A stretch of DNA of 64,000 nucleotides from the human T2T-CHM13v2.0 reference genome, Homo sapiens. Positions 60,701 to 64,000 of the stretch are shown here, piece by piece (positions within the stretch are counted from its first letter, which is position 1; each line of letters begins with the position of its first letter). The position numbers and the translations under genes were made by a program. The stretch lies in the NCBI RefSeq assembly GCF_009914755.1, contig NC_060926.1; one strand, written 5' to 3'. The notes beneath the pieces are model-generated. The model saw nothing but the letters and a program-made list of their open reading frames with translations, was not told the origin of the DNA and searched no databases.

Positions 60701-61950
60701 CTGGATCTTTTCATTGATGTTCAATTGCAGACTGGTTTCTGGAGACCCATCTGGCTCCTCTGGGGAGACAGTAATTAATTGAGCCAGTTGGAGTGACAAC
60801 TAGATAATTTAGAAGCCCATTGGAAACCCTTGCTAGCCCTGCCCTGCCCATTTCTCATCTCAGCCAGGCACTTATTTTTTAAATCTCTTGATGGCTTCTC
60901 CAGAGGGTGTAAAAGTTGGTGGTTAGTGTTCGATGGAACAAGCACAACACTGAGAGATGAGAAACAAACCAGAATTAGGCTGTCAAGTGATTACTGGTGA
61001 ATGAATTTCTCTTCTTACAAATGAACATGCATATATCTTTCTGTAGGAGCAAAAGGAAAGGACTCAGGAAAAATAGTGTTCTCAGTCCTGGGTGTATAAA
61101 TAAAGACTTCATTTTCTTAGAGTGGAATATTCACATCTTTTTTAAAAAAATGCAATCTAACTTTTGCTTATATGCAATAATTACCACTATGTTCTATAGA
61201 CATACTATTTGTCTGTGCTATTCAGTCAACCTTGAAAAGTTGGATAATTTAGTAGGCTCTTTTGGCAGGCTTTTATTTTTTTTTCTCCTCACCAGGACTT
61301 GTGGCACCCACCCCGAATACAAATTCACAGACACTGGTGCCACACACAAGAGGCTGCGCCATTGTATATCTGCTGGTTTATTTTATTTTTAATTACGATC
61401 ATAATTAGTGAGTATGCTTATTAATTATAGTGGTAGCAACAGTATTCTGGAAATGAAATTCTTCTCAGTATAAGGTTAGAATCAAGAGACTGTTTCTTAA
61501 AAAAAAAAAAAAAAAGTACCGCATGTTGTTTTTAAATGTGCATTTCATAGGCCTTATGAAGTAAACCAGGATCCCATGGCTAGACCAGAGCTATTAATGA
61601 GAAAACCACAGCCTGGCTCCTCTGAAGCTCATTGTGTGCTTGCTTGGGCCTATAATTACCAGGCACAGAAAGGACTCTCCAACCAGCTACCGATTCCCTA
61701 CTAACAACTGAGGATGCGCAAACAACGTTTCAGCAAAATCTCTCAGTGGAATTGCTTTGTTGTCTGTCTGAAGGATTTTAAAATGAATCTCTAGAAGGAG
61801 TTCTTCATTTTCTCGATTTCACTAGTACCATCATTTGTTTTTCCTTTAAATTTCTTAGGGGTAAGGAAAAATAACACGATTTACTGGAGATCAAAGGCAA
61901 GCATGACATCATCTCGGAGAGAAGATAAGGCACAGGAGCAGAGCATAGAA

Positions 61951-62247
61951 TTATTATTATTTTGAGATCGAGTCTCACTCTGTCATCCAGGCTAGAATGC
62001 AGTGGCAAGATCTCGGCTCACTGCAGCCTCCACCTCCTGGGTTCAAGCAATTCTCGTGTGCCTCAGTCTCCTGAGTAGCTGGGATTACAGGCGTGCACCA
62101 CAACACCCGTCTAATTTTGGTATTTTTAGTAGAGATGGGTTTTTGCCATGTTGGTTAGGCTGGTCTTGAACTCTTGGGCTCAAGTGATCCACTCGCCCTA
62201 GCCTCCCAAAGTACTGGGATTACAGGCGTGAGCCGCTGCACCAGGCT
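61951..62247 (-). mobile_element. Alu with target-site duplication
   Basis: Full reverse dimer; catagaattatt on both flanks. Confidence 0.93.
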
Positions 62248-62631
62248 AACATAGAATTATTTAAAAAGAAAATTGCTGTCAGCAACTATAGGACCTAGGC
62301 AATAGTGTGAAGAATGCATACTTTAAAGAGAACCAGAATATCAGTGAAGCATGTCTCACATAATCCATTTAAATCTGAGTGCCAATGGGAAAAGATTTGT
62401 GGTTCAAGAAAGCAAAGTTATGACTGAAATCCTAATTATTTTAGTTAATTTTTTTTCTGAGTCAAAACCTTTACAAAATAAGGTGTCTTGAAGATTGTTT
62501 CAAATGTGAGATTTACCTAAATGTTACCCATCACATCCTTTGCCAAAACAATATTCCACAAATGATACCAGTATTTCAATAGCTTCTCAACCTTGCTCTT
62601 ACTGGTCTCCTTTCTTGATTTAGTACTCCAG

Positions 62632-62961
62632 AGCAGATCAGCAAACATTTTGTGTCAGCAGTGAGATAGTGCCCATGTTCGCTTTGCCGGACATTTGCCC
62701 TCTGTTGCAGCTACTCAACTATGCCATTGTCACGTGAAAACACTCTTACACAATATATAAACACATGAGTGGGAATTTGTTCCAGTAAAACTTTATTTAT
62801 GAATGCCAATACTTGAATTTTATATAATTTCCAAATGTCACAAAATATTATTCTGTTTTTTATTATGTTGAACCCATTAGAAATATAAAAGCCAATATTC
62901 GTGGGTTGTCCCAATCTGGAGGATTCGATTTGGCCCTTGGGCCATAGCTTGCTGACCCCTG
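62632..62961. mobile_element. MER58-like hAT element
   Basis: tcagcaaacatttt...gcagctactcaactatgccattgt...gatttggcccttgggccatagcttgctgacccctg. Confidence 0.75.
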
Positions 62962-63013
62962 CTTTAGGGCACTAAAGGAAGCAAACATTTGTGTCTTAAA
63001 AATATCATCATTT

Positions 63014-63256
63014 GGCCAGGTGAGGTGGCTCACACCTGTAATCCCAGAACTTTGGGAGGCTGAAGCAGATGGATGCACTTGAGGCCAGGTATTTGAGACC
63101 AGCCTGGGCAACATGGAAAACCCCATCTCTACTAAAAAATAGAAAACTTAGCTGGATGTGGTGGCGCCCGCCTGTAATCCCAGCTACTCAGGAAGCTGAG
63201 GCATGAGAATCGCTGGAACCTGGGAGGCAGTGGTTGCATGAACCGAGATCACATCA
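63014..63256 (+). mobile_element. Alu, 3' truncated (no tail)
   Basis: Left arm, linker and most of the right arm, ending at ccgagatcacatca. Confidence 0.9.
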
Positions 63257-64000
63257 TCTCATTTAGGTTTAGTATTCCAAAACAATTCTCAGAATCAGCA
63301 GGAATGTGCTTTCTGCTTGTCCCTTTGATCTCAGATCACAACTCAGGTCCACTCCAGAGGTGCCCCTCATACCTAACTGTGGGCCAGAACCACTCACTGT
63401 CACAACCTGTCTTTCAACACCTTCATTTCAGGCCAAACTGGACTTCCCAACATCTCATCTTTCTCCCTTGTCCTTTCTGTTTTTAGGGATGATTATGCAA
63501 TAGTCTTGTTGTCTGACAATTGCATTTATCTCAACATAGTCAGAGGCAGATTTTTATTTACCGAAGCTAAAGAAGTTTGTATGGACCCTTTCTGAAGCTC
63601 TGTTACTAGTCTGACATTTGTAATTTTGTAGGGTTTTATGTTTTCACCCTTAATCACACAATAGTTGTTTAAGCTTTAAACTCCACAAAGTCTGGCTCTG
63701 CCATGCCTACAGCATATTACCTAAATTGATTGCTGTAAGATTTTCCCCTTTCTCCCACCATTTTCTTGAAGCTTTCCTCTTACTATCTAGAAGACAGGTA
63801 GCAATTATACCCAGTGGGGATGAGAATTCCCACTGTTCTCCATTATCCCACTCAAATAACATAATATGTCTAATTAAAAGATGGCAGAGAGAGAAAGAAT
63901 GGGAACTTACCAGTTGAATAATAAAAGACAGTGTGCCTCTTACACTTAGTTATTTCTTTTCTTTATTCATTATTTTGGTTTTATTAAATTTATCATTACT

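Noticed and set aside
61951-63256. Head-to-head inverted Alu pair about 770 nt apart
   Set aside because: A common arrangement far from any exon; probably edited but unremarkable.

Overview
Human (primate, Alu-rich) genomic DNA carrying the 3' part of EPHA4 (ephrin type-A receptor 4 tyrosine kinase) on the minus strand. Twelve coding exons (45061 down to 13097, 1643 nt, all with GT-AG boundaries) splice in frame. They encode the second FN3 domain, transmembrane helix, juxtamembrane tyrosines, kinase domain, SAM domain and the C-terminal PDZ-binding motif MVPV. Exon numbers 6-18 are from my recollection of the reference transcript. The 3' UTR appears split by a 4.66-kb intron that starts 819 nt after the stop codon, and the last exon ends near an AATAAA at 5121-5126. 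Positions 45062-64000 are intronic and 1-5095 is downstream flank. The remainder is Alu, MIR, L1, LTR and hAT repeats plus microsatellites, and nearly all ORFs in the track are spurious. I see no prokaryotic-type system, CRISPR array or second gene. The most interesting signals are: (1) a 3' UTR architecture that could act as an NMD/alternative-polyadenylation/miRNA switch; (2) a 34-bp tandem repeat built from alternating 11-bp inverted arms (a dumbbell concatemer); (3) inverted Alus around exons 10-11, which would give a stop-free 300-nt circle; (4) abutting inverted Alu arms and nested repeats; (5) a donor-plus-UG-repeat site resembling a TDP-43-repressed cryptic exon.
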